Source: Felis catus (lineage: Eukaryota). Taken from it: a stretch of DNA of 64,000 nt. Shown here in pieces: positions 25,745-37,370 of this stretch. A program made the translations under genes and the position numbers. Location: contig NC_058368.1 of the NCBI RefSeq assembly GCF_018350175.1, positions 31,436,001-31,500,000 of the forward strand, in the 5' to 3' direction. Numbering within the stretch: the first letter of the stretch is position 1; every line of letters starts with the position of its first letter. Below the pieces are notes generated by a model. The model was not told the DNA's origin. It made no database searches and saw only the letters and a program-made list of their open reading frames with translations.

Positions 25745-26108
25745 TATTATTAATGTATAATTAAAATACAGTGCTATATTAGGTTAGGTGTACAATACAA
25801 TGATTCAACAATTCTACACATGTCTCAGTGTTCAACATAAATATATTCTTAATCCCTTTTATCTATTTGCCCATCCCCCATCCACCTTCCCTCCTGCAAC
25901 CATCAGTTTGTTCTTTGTATTTCAGAGTCTGTTTTTTGTTTGTTTGTTCTTTGTTAGTTTGTTTTGGTACTTAAATTCCACATATGAGTGAAATCATACG
26001 ATATTTGTCTTTCTGACTGACTTATTTCACTTAGTATTATATTCTCTATGCCCTTTATATTATTGCAGATGTCAAGATTTCATTGTTTTATATGGCCGAA
26101 TAATATTC

Positions 26109-26154
<46 letters not shown>

Positions 26155-27535
26155 CACTTCTTCTTGGTTTGCTTCCATATCTTGGCTTTGTAAATAATTC
26201 TGCAGTAAACATAGAGGTGCCTATATCTTTTCAAATTAGTATGTTTTCTTTGGGTAAATACCCACTACTAGAATCACTGGATCATATTGTAATTCTATTT
26301 TTAACTTTTTGAGGAACCTCTATACTGTTTTCCACAGTGGCTGCACCAATTTGCATTCCTGCCACAAGACATGAGGGTTCCTTTTCCTCCACATCCTCAC
26401 CAACACTTGTTATTTCTTATGTTTGGGTTCAAGCCATTCTGACAGGTGTAAAGTGATATATTGTGATGTAAATTTGCATTGTCCCGATGAGTGATGGTGA
26501 GCATCTTTTCATGTTTTTGTTGGCCATCTGTATGTCTTCTTTGGAAAAAGTGTCTGTTCAGGCCATGTCCCATTTGTAATCAGACTATTTGTGTTTTTAG
26601 TGTTGAGTTGTATACATTCATTTTACATTTTGGATATTTATTCTTTATTGGCTATATCATTTGCAAATATCTTTTCTCATTTAGTAGGTTGCCTTTTTGT
26701 TTTTTCAATGGTTTTCTCCACTGTGCAAAACTTTTATTTTGATGTAGTCCCAGAAATTTATTTTTGCTTTTGTCTCCTTTGCCTGAGGAGAGATATCTCA
26801 AAAAATTTTTTTCTACAGCCAATATCAAAGAAATTACTGTTTATGTTTTCTTCTAGAAGTTTTATAGTTCAGGTCTCCCATTTAGGTCTTTTATCTGTTG
26901 AGTTTATTTTTGTGGATGGCGTAAGAAAGTGGTCTAGTTTTATTCTTTTGCATGTAGCTATCCGGTTTTCCTAGCACCATTGTTGAAGAGACTGTCTTTT
27001 CTCCATTGCATATTCTTGGCTTCCTTGTTGTACATTAATTGACCATATAAGTGTGGGTTTATTTCTAGACTTTCTAATTTGTTCCATTGATCCATGGGTC
27101 TATTTTTGTGCTAGTACCATACTGCTTTGATTACTACAGCTTTGTCTCGAAATCTGGGATTGTGATACCTCTAGTTTTGCTCTTCTTTTTCAAGATTTCT
27201 TTGGCTATTCAGGATCTTGTGGTTCCATACAAATTTTAGGATTATTGGTTCTAATTTTATGAAAAATGTTGTTAGTATTTTGATGGGAATTGCATTAAAT
27301 CTGTAGACTGCTTTGGGAAATATGGCCATTTTAACAATATTGATTCTTCTAATTCATGAACATGGAACATATTCCAATTTGTTTTTGTCATCTTCAATTC
27401 CTTTAATTAGTGTTTTATAGTTTTTAGAGTACAGTCTTTCACTTCCTTGGTTAAGTTTATTACTAGGTGTTTTATTATTTTTTGTGCAATTGTAAATGGA
27501 ATTGTTTTTGTGATTTCTCTTTCTACTACTTCATT
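25745..27535 (-). mobile_element. 5'-truncated carnivore L1 (~1.8 kb, ORF2 3' part + 3' UTR), contains (GT)n at ~26112-26152
   Basis: ccacatatgagtgaaatcatacgatatttgtc, tgaggaacctctatactgttttccacagtggctgcacc, tttgcaaatatctttt, ttgttgaagagactgtc, gattactacagctttg, gggaattgcattaaatctgtaga. Confidence 0.93.
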
Positions 27536-28104
27536 AATCAAAGGCTTTTTTACAAAGGGAAATAATATACCAAATTTTTATTTTAAAAATATAAGTTCCA
27601 GACAAGAGACTATAAACAAGTAAGCTAGTGGGATGCCCCTGCCATAGTCCAAGAGAAATAGGAGATAAGGTTCTAAATCAGAAAAGAGGGAGACAAAATA
27701 GAAGCTTCAGGGTGAGTATAGATTCTAGAGCCCTTTTGAATGTGTGACCAATTGAGTAAGAGGAATTTCAGAAAAGAAAGAGTGAACTATTTTGTGATTT
27801 ACCAACTCTGTGGATGATGGTGTCATTAATCTGACCAGAGAATACACAGGGAACAGCAGGTTTTAGGAAGGAAAATATACATTCTGATTCCAATTTGGGA
27901 AATGCTAATGTTGAGAGATCAAATAGGGAGTCAAATAATCTACAAACTTAGATGTAAATTCTGTCTTTGATGCTTAGCTGGAACTAAGAATTGTTATCTC
28001 TAAAATAACAACATCTAAAATAAAAAGCACCTAAGACCATAGTTGTAAAAATTAAATTGATTAATAGTGTTGCAATTATGACCATCTGCTATGGAGAGTA
28101 TCTC

Positions 28105-28225
28105 TTGATTGGCGTGTGACTTTCGGCTAGTAATTGAACAACACTGTGCCTTTTTTTTTTATCTGCAAATGGGATGATAGCAATAGCTATTCTGACAAAA
28201 TCATAGTGCTCGCTACATAATTTGT
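28105..28225 (+). mobile_element. MIR fragment
   Basis: tgtgactttcggctagtaattgaac...ctgtgcct...atctgcaaatgggatgatagcaatag core. Confidence 0.6.
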
Positions 28226-28691
28226 GTATGGGTACAAAAGGATGTAGAGTAAGAAAAGAAACAGGATGATGATGAAACAAAGAGGTCACCAGGATTTCAA
28301 GAGTGGTCAATGAAAGGTTCCAGACCAGGAGACTAATAGAATCTTAGGTGTTTGGTAGGAGATAGGAACAGTTGAAACACCATCTGTGTTACTATATACT
28401 ACCAAAGTTATTATTACAAGTAAAGTATTTCGTGAACAAAAACATACACACAATGGTATTTATTGCCTTAGCAGCTGGGAGCAGATAGCAAAGAAACTAA
28501 TATGGAGGTTCAAAACATGGTGATCGTTGTTACGCCGTGCCAAATTATTTGGTTAAACTGTCATTTGAAATGATAGGAGAGATAGTTTTGGTGACTAAAG
28601 AACATATTGCTATAGGAGAGGATGTTGGAAAACAAAGTGTTATTAGTTTGTGTTAGTTCTAATTGCCTGTTTTTACAAGGTGTAAGAAAGA

Positions 28692-28974
28692 GATGGGCAT
28701 GGATCTAGTATAAAATGCTAAGTGAAATAAATCAGAAAAAGATAATACCATATGGTTTCCCTCATATGTGGAAATTCAGAAACAGAACAAATGAAAAACA
28801 AGTAGACAAACAAAAAACCAGACTCTTAGCTATAGAGAACAAACTGATGGTTACCAGAGGGGAGGTGGGTAGGGGATGGGTGAAATAGGTGATGGGGATT
28901 AAGAAGTGCACTTGTCATGATCAATGCTGAGTAATGTATAGAATTGTTGAATCACTATGTCATACACTTGAAAC
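28692..28974 (+). mobile_element. Carnivore L1 3' end fragment
   Basis: atgctaagtgaaataaatcag...ccatatggtttccctcatatgtgga...gagaacaaactgatggttaccagagggg...gaattgttgaatcactat. Confidence 0.88.
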
Positions 28975-31129
28975 TTTTCTTCCTTTCCAGCCTAGAATTC
29001 ACTTTGGATATAGACAGAAATAAACACTTCTTGTGTGAGAATCTGAGATTTGGTGATTAACTTACTATGGCATAGTTTAACACACCTAAGTAAAAATATA
29101 CCTATGTCAGAGGATTATTGTGGGAAGTGAATGAGTAAATAAATATAAAGCACTTACCTGGCTAATTGAAATAAGTATATAAATGTTAGGTACGAATGCT
29201 ATTGTTTTTCCTAAAATTTCCAGCTAGCAGAGTGTCTTGCATTTATAAACAAATTTTGGTATTTTTTTTCTTCCTCTGTTCTATATATTTGAATTGACAC
29301 TATATCTTAACATTAAAGTTTGCCACCAGAAAAGTCTACAAGAGAAGGGGAACCTAACTAGATTAAGATCTAACAATGTGACAATATTTTATTTTTAGAA
29401 GTTCAAATACCTGTTTTCTACATGTTGCATTGCCCAAGGGAAAAGATATCCCTTGTTGCTAATTAAAATTCATGGGGTAGAGATGACTGAATTAGTCAAA
29501 AATTTAAATGATACATGATGCAGATGGCAACAGTAGTAAAACTTTAGTATTTTTTCCTACAGGTAACCAGGTTTCCTAGTGTGTGACACATTTATTGGTA
29601 GTATAATATCTCAAAATTAATTCTTCATTTTAGCCATGTACAAGCTATTCACTTCCCTGTTCCTGTGACCGTGTAACCATGAACATGTAAGTTTAATATT
29701 TTTAAAGGAGAACATTCAGTTGTCACAGTAGAAGAACTTTTAACAGAACTTTTTCTAGAAGTTTCTTACGAACAATAAAACTTTCTATGTACAAAAGTAC
29801 ATATAAAATGAATGTTTGAATAAAAGAAGAGGTCAGTAAATATTTCCAGAGGGAAAGAGAACAGAGATGGCATATAAGTGAAGCATAGCAACTGTCTGGT
29901 TATAAATTTTAGAATACTGATGTCAGGCTATGAAAATGCCAAAACTACTGTCTTTCTCTAAAGTTTATTAAGTATATAAATTAAACAAAACCAGCATGAT
30001 CTGGGGCGAAGAGCTCTGTGTTTCCTTGTGCACAATTAACAGTATGAAAAATAAAAAGTTGTAAACAAGTATATAATGTAAACACCAGAAAATACACATT
30101 TAGTTTTATAGGTAATGATAGACAACAGTAATCCTTCCCCTCTATTTGTTTTACACTAATATTAATGGTCTCAGAACAAAGCAAAACAATTATGAACCAT
30201 ATATATTGTGTATTCAAAGGAGAAATACTGTGCGTGGAAGATACTTTTAACTAAAATGGGCCATTCATCCTTTTTATCCTTACTTCTACTATTTAAGGAC
30301 CCAAAACACACACTTCCTGAAATATCCTTCCCGGCAATTTTTCTCACACAGGAAACCATAACTGGTTATTCAGTAAGAATGAACGTATGCCCAATTCAAG
30401 TAGACACTTCCTTAGCTCAAGCTTGTACCTTATGTGTCACAGGCTCCAACACCTGGATTTGATTTTCACATAAGTAGGTACATAATCAACAACAGTTCTC
30501 AGTGATGAGGATATTGATAGCCAGCCTCCTTTCGATCTGTAAGTAAAAATTAATAGCAATAACAGAATAAAAAATAACATGTACACGTGCATTTTTTGTG
30601 TGTTGTTGGGTGTTTATATACAAAATAATTGGAATTGCCCTTCAGAAAACATTTGTCTTTATACAATTTAATTCAGCACACCTTATAAGCTTTTGAGCAT
30701 GTTATAAATACCAATTGATGATGATAAAGTTTAGGCAACAAGTGATTCAGCAAAAGAATGCTGGGAGAAGGTATACTGAGTACACCAATTACAAACACAC
30801 AAACACAGATCCACACCAACTACTTTAGTGCATGCATTTGATGAGACATGGATAATCTTTTACTTATTGAATGAAGATTTGGAATAGACTTAGAAACTTG
30901 TATAGTGTCAACAAAGGGAAAAAAGGAACTTTAAAATGGAAAATAAAGGTCTTTCTGGAAAGGTTACATCAAATTATAGACTTGAACTCCATCCAGAAAG
31001 TCTTATTAAAATATCCAAATGTAAGCAAAGGTTGTATATTTTAGTGTTTGCGTTACACCTAAAAACTTGTCCAAAAGATTACTCTATACCCAAGTGGCCA
31101 TTTTAGAAATGTCTCGGTATTTGTGCACT

Positions 31130-31371
31130 AAAAAAAAATTTTTTTAAAATGTTTATTCATTTTTGACAGAGAGACAGAGACAGAGTGTGAGCGGGGGCGG
31201 TGGGGGGGGGGGGTGCGGGGAGGGGCTGAGAAAGAGGAGACACAAAATCCAAAGCAGGGTCCAGGCTCTGAGCTGTCAGCACAGAAACCAACACGGGGCT
31301 CGAACTCACGAACTGTGAGATCATGACCTGAACCAAAGTTGGGACACTTAACTGAGCCACTCAGGCACCCC
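31130..31371 (-). mobile_element. Can-SINE with internal G-run expansion
   Basis: SINE body; TSD tatttgtgcact (31118-31129) / tatttgtacact (31374-31385). Confidence 0.93.
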
Positions 31372-32643
31372 AATATTTGTACACTTCTATATGTTTGTAA
31401 CTTAAACATAAAGCAGTTGTAACCACAAGTCCTGAGATCACAATAGTTGCATAATCCAAGAAAAATATACTTTATCTTTTTGAGTTTCTCTTTAATATTT
31501 ATAAAATGGTGGGGAAAAACTCATATCTGCTTGTCATACCTTGAAAGATATTATAAAGATGTAAGTGAAAATACTTTATACTCCAACTCTCAATGTGCAT
31601 ATTATTTACTATCTTTACAGTTATTATGATTAAATATGTGACTATTGCTTAATGTCTTTGTATTAACATTATCCTCACCTATAAATAGGGCATAAAAGAT
31701 CCTTGTCTAACATCTTTTTTTCCTATTGTATATACAATTGAAAGTTGTACTTCTATATGTTTGGAATCCACTGTTTTGTGAAATTAATCTTATTTTGTTT
31801 CATGGTTGGACATATATACATTTTGCTACAAAAATGTTTGGCTTCTCCATGAGAAGTTAATTTATTTGCCATCATAGTTTTTCTGCCTTCTCTATAACTC
31901 AATGGTAGATGTCATTATTTTATATAACATACGTCAGTTCTAAAAATTTCTTTTGGATCTACTGGTGAGCTGATTCCCAAGCAAGTTTTGTGATCCCATA
32001 CTCACACTGTAATCATCAGAGCAAAATTTTAGCAAGTTTCAGACCTGAAATGTTTAGGATGATGTTGTCTTACCTTTAATATTTGATGCAGCTTATTAGT
32101 AGAATGACCCTAGGCTTTGAGTTATTAGATCAGTGTTATATCAGTTTTACATGCTGTATGATCTTAGGCCAGTTTTAAACAAAACAAAACAATGCAACAA
32201 AACAAACTCTTTGGCCCTCATGTCTTTATGTGTAAAGTAATAAATATGTCGCACAATTTTTGTTAACCTTGCCAATGTTTATCCTAATTTCAACTTGTTC
32301 TGCCTTCTTATCTATCACCATCAATGATCATCCTCAATGCCTATTTTCCGTTCTCAAGATCTAGGACTTAAACATTGCATTTTTATGCTTCTCACAATTT
32401 TCTCTTATAGTGGTTTCTTATACATGTCCATTTGCCTTCTATAATTTTTTTTGATTACATTTTATAAATCTCTCTCTAAAATTGTATCTTCTTTTCTGAC
32501 CTATAGCCATAGTCATTGGTCTTTATTATGTCACAGATAACATTACTGTAATGGTCTTTGAATTGTTCTTTTAGTGTTATGATTCTACTCTTTCCAGTAG
32601 AAGAGTTCTCTGATACACTATTCTTAAAAACAAAGACAATCTT

Positions 32644-33105
32644 TATATTAGGGCTCTTCAGAGAAACAGAACAAAAATACACTATATGTACTTATAATGT
32701 ATTATAAGGAATTTTGATATGATATTATTATGATATACTATAAGAAATTGGCTCATGCAATTATGGAGGCTGAGAAGTCCCACAATCTGCTGTCTGTAAG
32801 CTGGACATTCAGGAAAACTGATGTTCAGTTCTAAGAACTGGAGGGCCAATGGTGTAAGTCTCAGTTGAAGGCACAAGACCAGTTTCCAGCTGAATCAGTC
32901 TCCTTCCACCACCGTTTAGTTTTATTCTGGTCTTAAATATTTGATACTTATATCAATATACCCTTCTCAGTGAGAGAAGGGTAATGTGATTTACTCAGTC
33001 CTGTGATTCAAATGTTAACCTCATCCCTCACAGACACACCCAGAAATAATGTTAATCCTGGTACCTTGTATCCCAGTCAAGTAGACACATAAAAGCAACC
33101 ATCAC
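32644..33105 (-). mobile_element. ERVL solo LTR (MLT2-like)
   Basis: tattagggctcttcagagaaacagaac...gaaattggctcatgcaattatggaggctgagaagtcccacaatctgc...cagacacacccagaaataat...cagtcaagtagacacataaaagcaaccatcaca. Confidence 0.88.
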
Positions 33106-36100
33106 AATTCTTTGTCTTCCTTGTTCAAATGCTTCTGTTATTTTAAATATGAAGTTTATAGTTTGATTTGAGAGTAAACTGTTAGCCATTTTTTTTAGAA
33201 TATCAGGGATGTGAGAGCTCCACACTTGAGCTTTACTTTTCCTAAAGAACAATGAAAATGGAAATTCCAATGTTAAGGAGGCAATAGCATACATTTTAAA
33301 TGCATAATGAATAACTTTCACAAACTAGTTTAGATTCTAGGACTCAGATGGCCTCTGCAGCATTTATCATGATCAAAGATGTGTTTAGAATAAGAGTATG
33401 TACCAACTATTTCAGACCATTTGTAAATAGCCATAATGAAGAAGAATGAGGAAGAGGAGGACAGGGGGATAAAAAGGGGAGGGAAAAGAGAAAAAGAGGA
33501 AAGGAAAGGAAGGGAGGAAGGAAAGGAGAAAAGAGAAACAAAGAAAGAAAACAAGTGTTTTATTGGCCTGAGTCCAAGTACAGAGAGCCTGATTGCCTCT
33601 TTATCATACAGTGGCTAATATGGTCTGACCCAATCCCTCCTGGAGGTCATCAGCATACTGAGAAATTATTATTAAATATTTATTGAATATCATGAGGCAA
33701 TAAAAACTGATCATGCATATGTTCATGTTTTAAAACCACGTATGTGATTTTCAAGTCCCATCATAAAGAACAAAGATCAGGGCAGACTGTCATATTAAAT
33801 ATATTAAAATTAGAGGAGAAGGAAATGTGTGTGAGAGAAGAGAGACAACAATGTGACAAATTCTGTAGCAAGATGTGTTAATTAGTAAAATATTTTGAAA
33901 GGGAGATTAATTGTCACTATTATACTAAAAATACAATATCCTTTGATATCCTGAAATGTGAAGAATGGTGGAGTGCACGATTTGGATAAGGTCTAATATT
34001 AAGTCAGGGTTGCTGAGTTTTCAAAAGCAAGACTTTTCCTTGAAGGGTGAATGAAAACAGCTTTTTAACTTACGATCTTAGATACCATTAGTCCCAATAA
34101 AGTTGATGATTTCTTCTGGGAGAGTTTAATCAGTTTGTTGTGACATGGTACCAGCAACTCAATTCTATAAAACAATTGTGATTGATTACTGTTGTTCCAT
34201 GAATTGGTCAGAAGGGAGCCTGAGAAAATCACTTCTACAGCCTGCCTTTCTAAGTACAACTTCAGAAAATGATGGTCTTCTGGATTTGAGCTATTTTTTT
34301 TTCTCATGACCACTCATAAAAATATATTTCATTAGCCATTTCTTTATTTTTTAAACAGAAAATATCAACAATGATCACAATCTAGGACAGAAGTCACAGC
34401 AATTAACTAACTGTAATGACATGTGATAAGGTTAAGCCTTTTCTTAAACCCCGAGCCTGTTAAGTATTGACATCTCCTGACCGGAACACAGCAGGCACAC
34501 TTAGAAGGCCACAACCATGTCTATTAAAGTGCCTTGGCAATCCACAGTGTTTCCAAGTCAACAAACAGTGCCCAACCCGAGACTAGGACTGGCTATTTAA
34601 ACATAAGACAAAGCTATTCTGAATATAATGTGTACCTTTCAATTTCATTTGTTCTAACGACATTATCACATTTATTTATAAGACATATGGCACCTTCTTC
34701 CTGCTGCATCATTATACATAAAAGTATATGTTCTTGGGAATTTTTTAAAAGAAAGCAACCAACCAGAAGTGGTATTTGTTATTGTTTAGGAGACAAAAAT
34801 CCCTTTATTACTTCTTAGATAAGGTGGACTCAGCCATGGCATTCGTACCTATTGTGTAGATAGGTATACCTTATTCTACAGATCTTTTGAGATTTATGAA
34901 TTATATAGGATAATTTTGGAAGAGGCTATAGAGATAACCTTGAAAGACCTGCCTTGCTAAACAAGTAGCTTCAGTTATACTTTCTACATACTGCATCATT
35001 TAAAAAGTCACTTATTGTGTACATTACTTTGTCCAGTTATAAATATTCAAAGTCCTGAGAGTAATTTGCCTTACCTTATTTTCTATAAAGCTATACAATA
35101 TGGCATAAATCATTCATCATTATCAACAAAATAGGGAAGCACAGAACTTCAGAAAAATGTGTTCTCTATATTAGGGTATTAGTTGATTAACTTTGAAGAT
35201 GTAGATTCCAAATTTTTCACTAGATCAGCTGAAGACTCAAATGAGATAGGGAAACGCCTGCATGGTTTAACCTAAGTGTGACTGCAATAGTTTTTTTGTC
35301 CTCCATTATCTTTTTTCCCTATTTTTCTTGCATGGTGCTTCCCATTAAATGGTAAATTTTCCAACATTAAAGTAAAAATCTCAAAGACATATAATTTATT
35401 AACATGTCCTATAAGTTTATTAGATTAGCTCCATTATCTTTAAGATCTTTGAAAATTTTACAGAGGAACTGAAGAAAATGATGTGGAGCAAGAAAAAGTT
35501 TGGAGCCCAGGTGACAGTCAATGGGGAAGAATCTAGAGAACCAAGGCAAAGAAAGGCCTGAGGCTTAATAGAAGGAGGAGAAATAGAAGACTAGATACAT
35601 GCATAATGGAAGGGTAGCTTTCAGACACACTTCTCCTAAAGAGCTCTGATGAGCCATATTTATGGAGCCACTAATTCTTGAGAGAGAGTACTCAAGCAAA
35701 GATATTCGATGATGGTTTGATCATTTATGCTTTGCTGTATCTTTTTTCCTCATTAATTCCACTGAAGTTAATATGTGAAGGTGATAGTATTACCTAAGTG
35801 TAATAATTAAGCTGTGACAGCTATTCTATTATGAAATACATTTGACAATTATTGTCATGAATTAGATTAATTACAGACCATTTAAATAATAATGTTTTGA
35901 ACTTAAACAAAATCATTTATTGTTATACTTCAGAGAACTTCAAAGGATTTTCTGCATGTCTAGTTATAATTTTTGTTTCTGGATTTCAACAGTAAGTCAT
36001 GCAAAAAAATCTTACCAACTTTGAAGGTTATCAATGTTTACTTGTTTGTTTTTCACTACATGTGATAAATGTTAAAAGAATAACAAATAATAAGATTATA

Positions 36101-37074
36101 TTCAAAATTTAGATCACTAAGTGATAAATTTATATTATGAAACTTAAAGAAAATCCCAACATATTTCTTCTTAATATACATGTCCACTGCACCATTGATG
36201 AAGTTCATGAATGTTTCACACACATGGATTCTCAAGAGACTTCACAGAATAATTTTTACTGGCGTTTATCTGGGAGACAAACCTAGAATTTTTCCTCCCA
36301 AATACATTTATACCAGAATGCAATGTTGGTTTCAAAACTTTAACTATGTGCAAAAGTCTAATGAGTTCTGGACAGTTATAAGTCCTTATAAGATCCAAAA
36401 TGCTAAGAATTTGAGTGACAGTTTCCAGTTAAGCAGAATATATATTCCATTTTAATTGAAATTCTTGTTTATCTATGTTTGATTTGCTTATTTTCAGTGA
36501 AACTTAAACTTTGAATTCTAGAGCCTAAATTAATATGCAGAGGTAGTTGCTATACTCCTTTAGAAACAGTTCCTAAATGTATGACAAGTCACTTAAGATA
36601 TAAGCTAATGTGTCTAGGGCATGTCTCAGAACATTTTAATTACATTTCATTAATTCAGAATCACAACACATTTAAATTTTCCTAAATATGAAAAGGCTGA
36701 GACCTTAGGTGGTTTTATGCATCATTAAATTTAACATGAAATTATATAGCTATAGCTCACTAGTTCTTCAAGTTTTCACTATTAATCTACACACAGGATG
36801 CTGGAATGCTTAGGGAAATAGCATTGCTAGATCATGTGTTAAAAACAAATGATACTATATTACAGAAAATATAAACCTACACGGTGGCTACTGTTACACA
36901 CACAGATCTTTCTGAATAATCCATAAATAGAAATGATGATCTTTAAATTATCCTATTGTAAAGAAGTTAACTTTGTTTAGATTTGCTACAATAACCATAA
37001 AATTACAATATAAAATATTTCTTGACTACTTTAAAAACTTGTCCATATTAGTTTCAAATTGGGGGAAATATCTT

Positions 37075-37255
37075 TGGCCTTTCTTTCTTCCTCTTCCTGG
37101 GACTCAGATATGATGGCTGGAGCTCCATAAGGATCTTAAACCATCTGGAAATCTAGGATGAAGGTGCCAGGTAAAATGATAGAACAGAGATAGAAGGAGC
37201 TTGGGTCACTGATGGTTGTGGCTCTATTTTACTAGTCTTGAACTATCTTTATTCA

Positions 37256-37301
<46 letters not shown>

Positions 37302-37370
37302 ATCAATTTCTAAGTGACTGAAGTCACAATACATTTTTTTCTATGTGCAGAAAAACCTATTTTTTATATT
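37075..37370 (+). mobile_element. MaLR LTR fragment (MLT1I/J-like) containing (GT)n at ~37259-37295
   Basis: gatatgatggctggagctcca...gatagaacagagatagaaggagcttgggtcactgatg...gaaagaaatcaatttcta. Confidence 0.65.

Noticed and set aside
30478..30545. Splice-like signals on both strands (plus |gtaagt donor; minus ttacttacag| acceptor)
   Set aside because: No partner site gives a convincing open exon, and the peptides are unrecognisable
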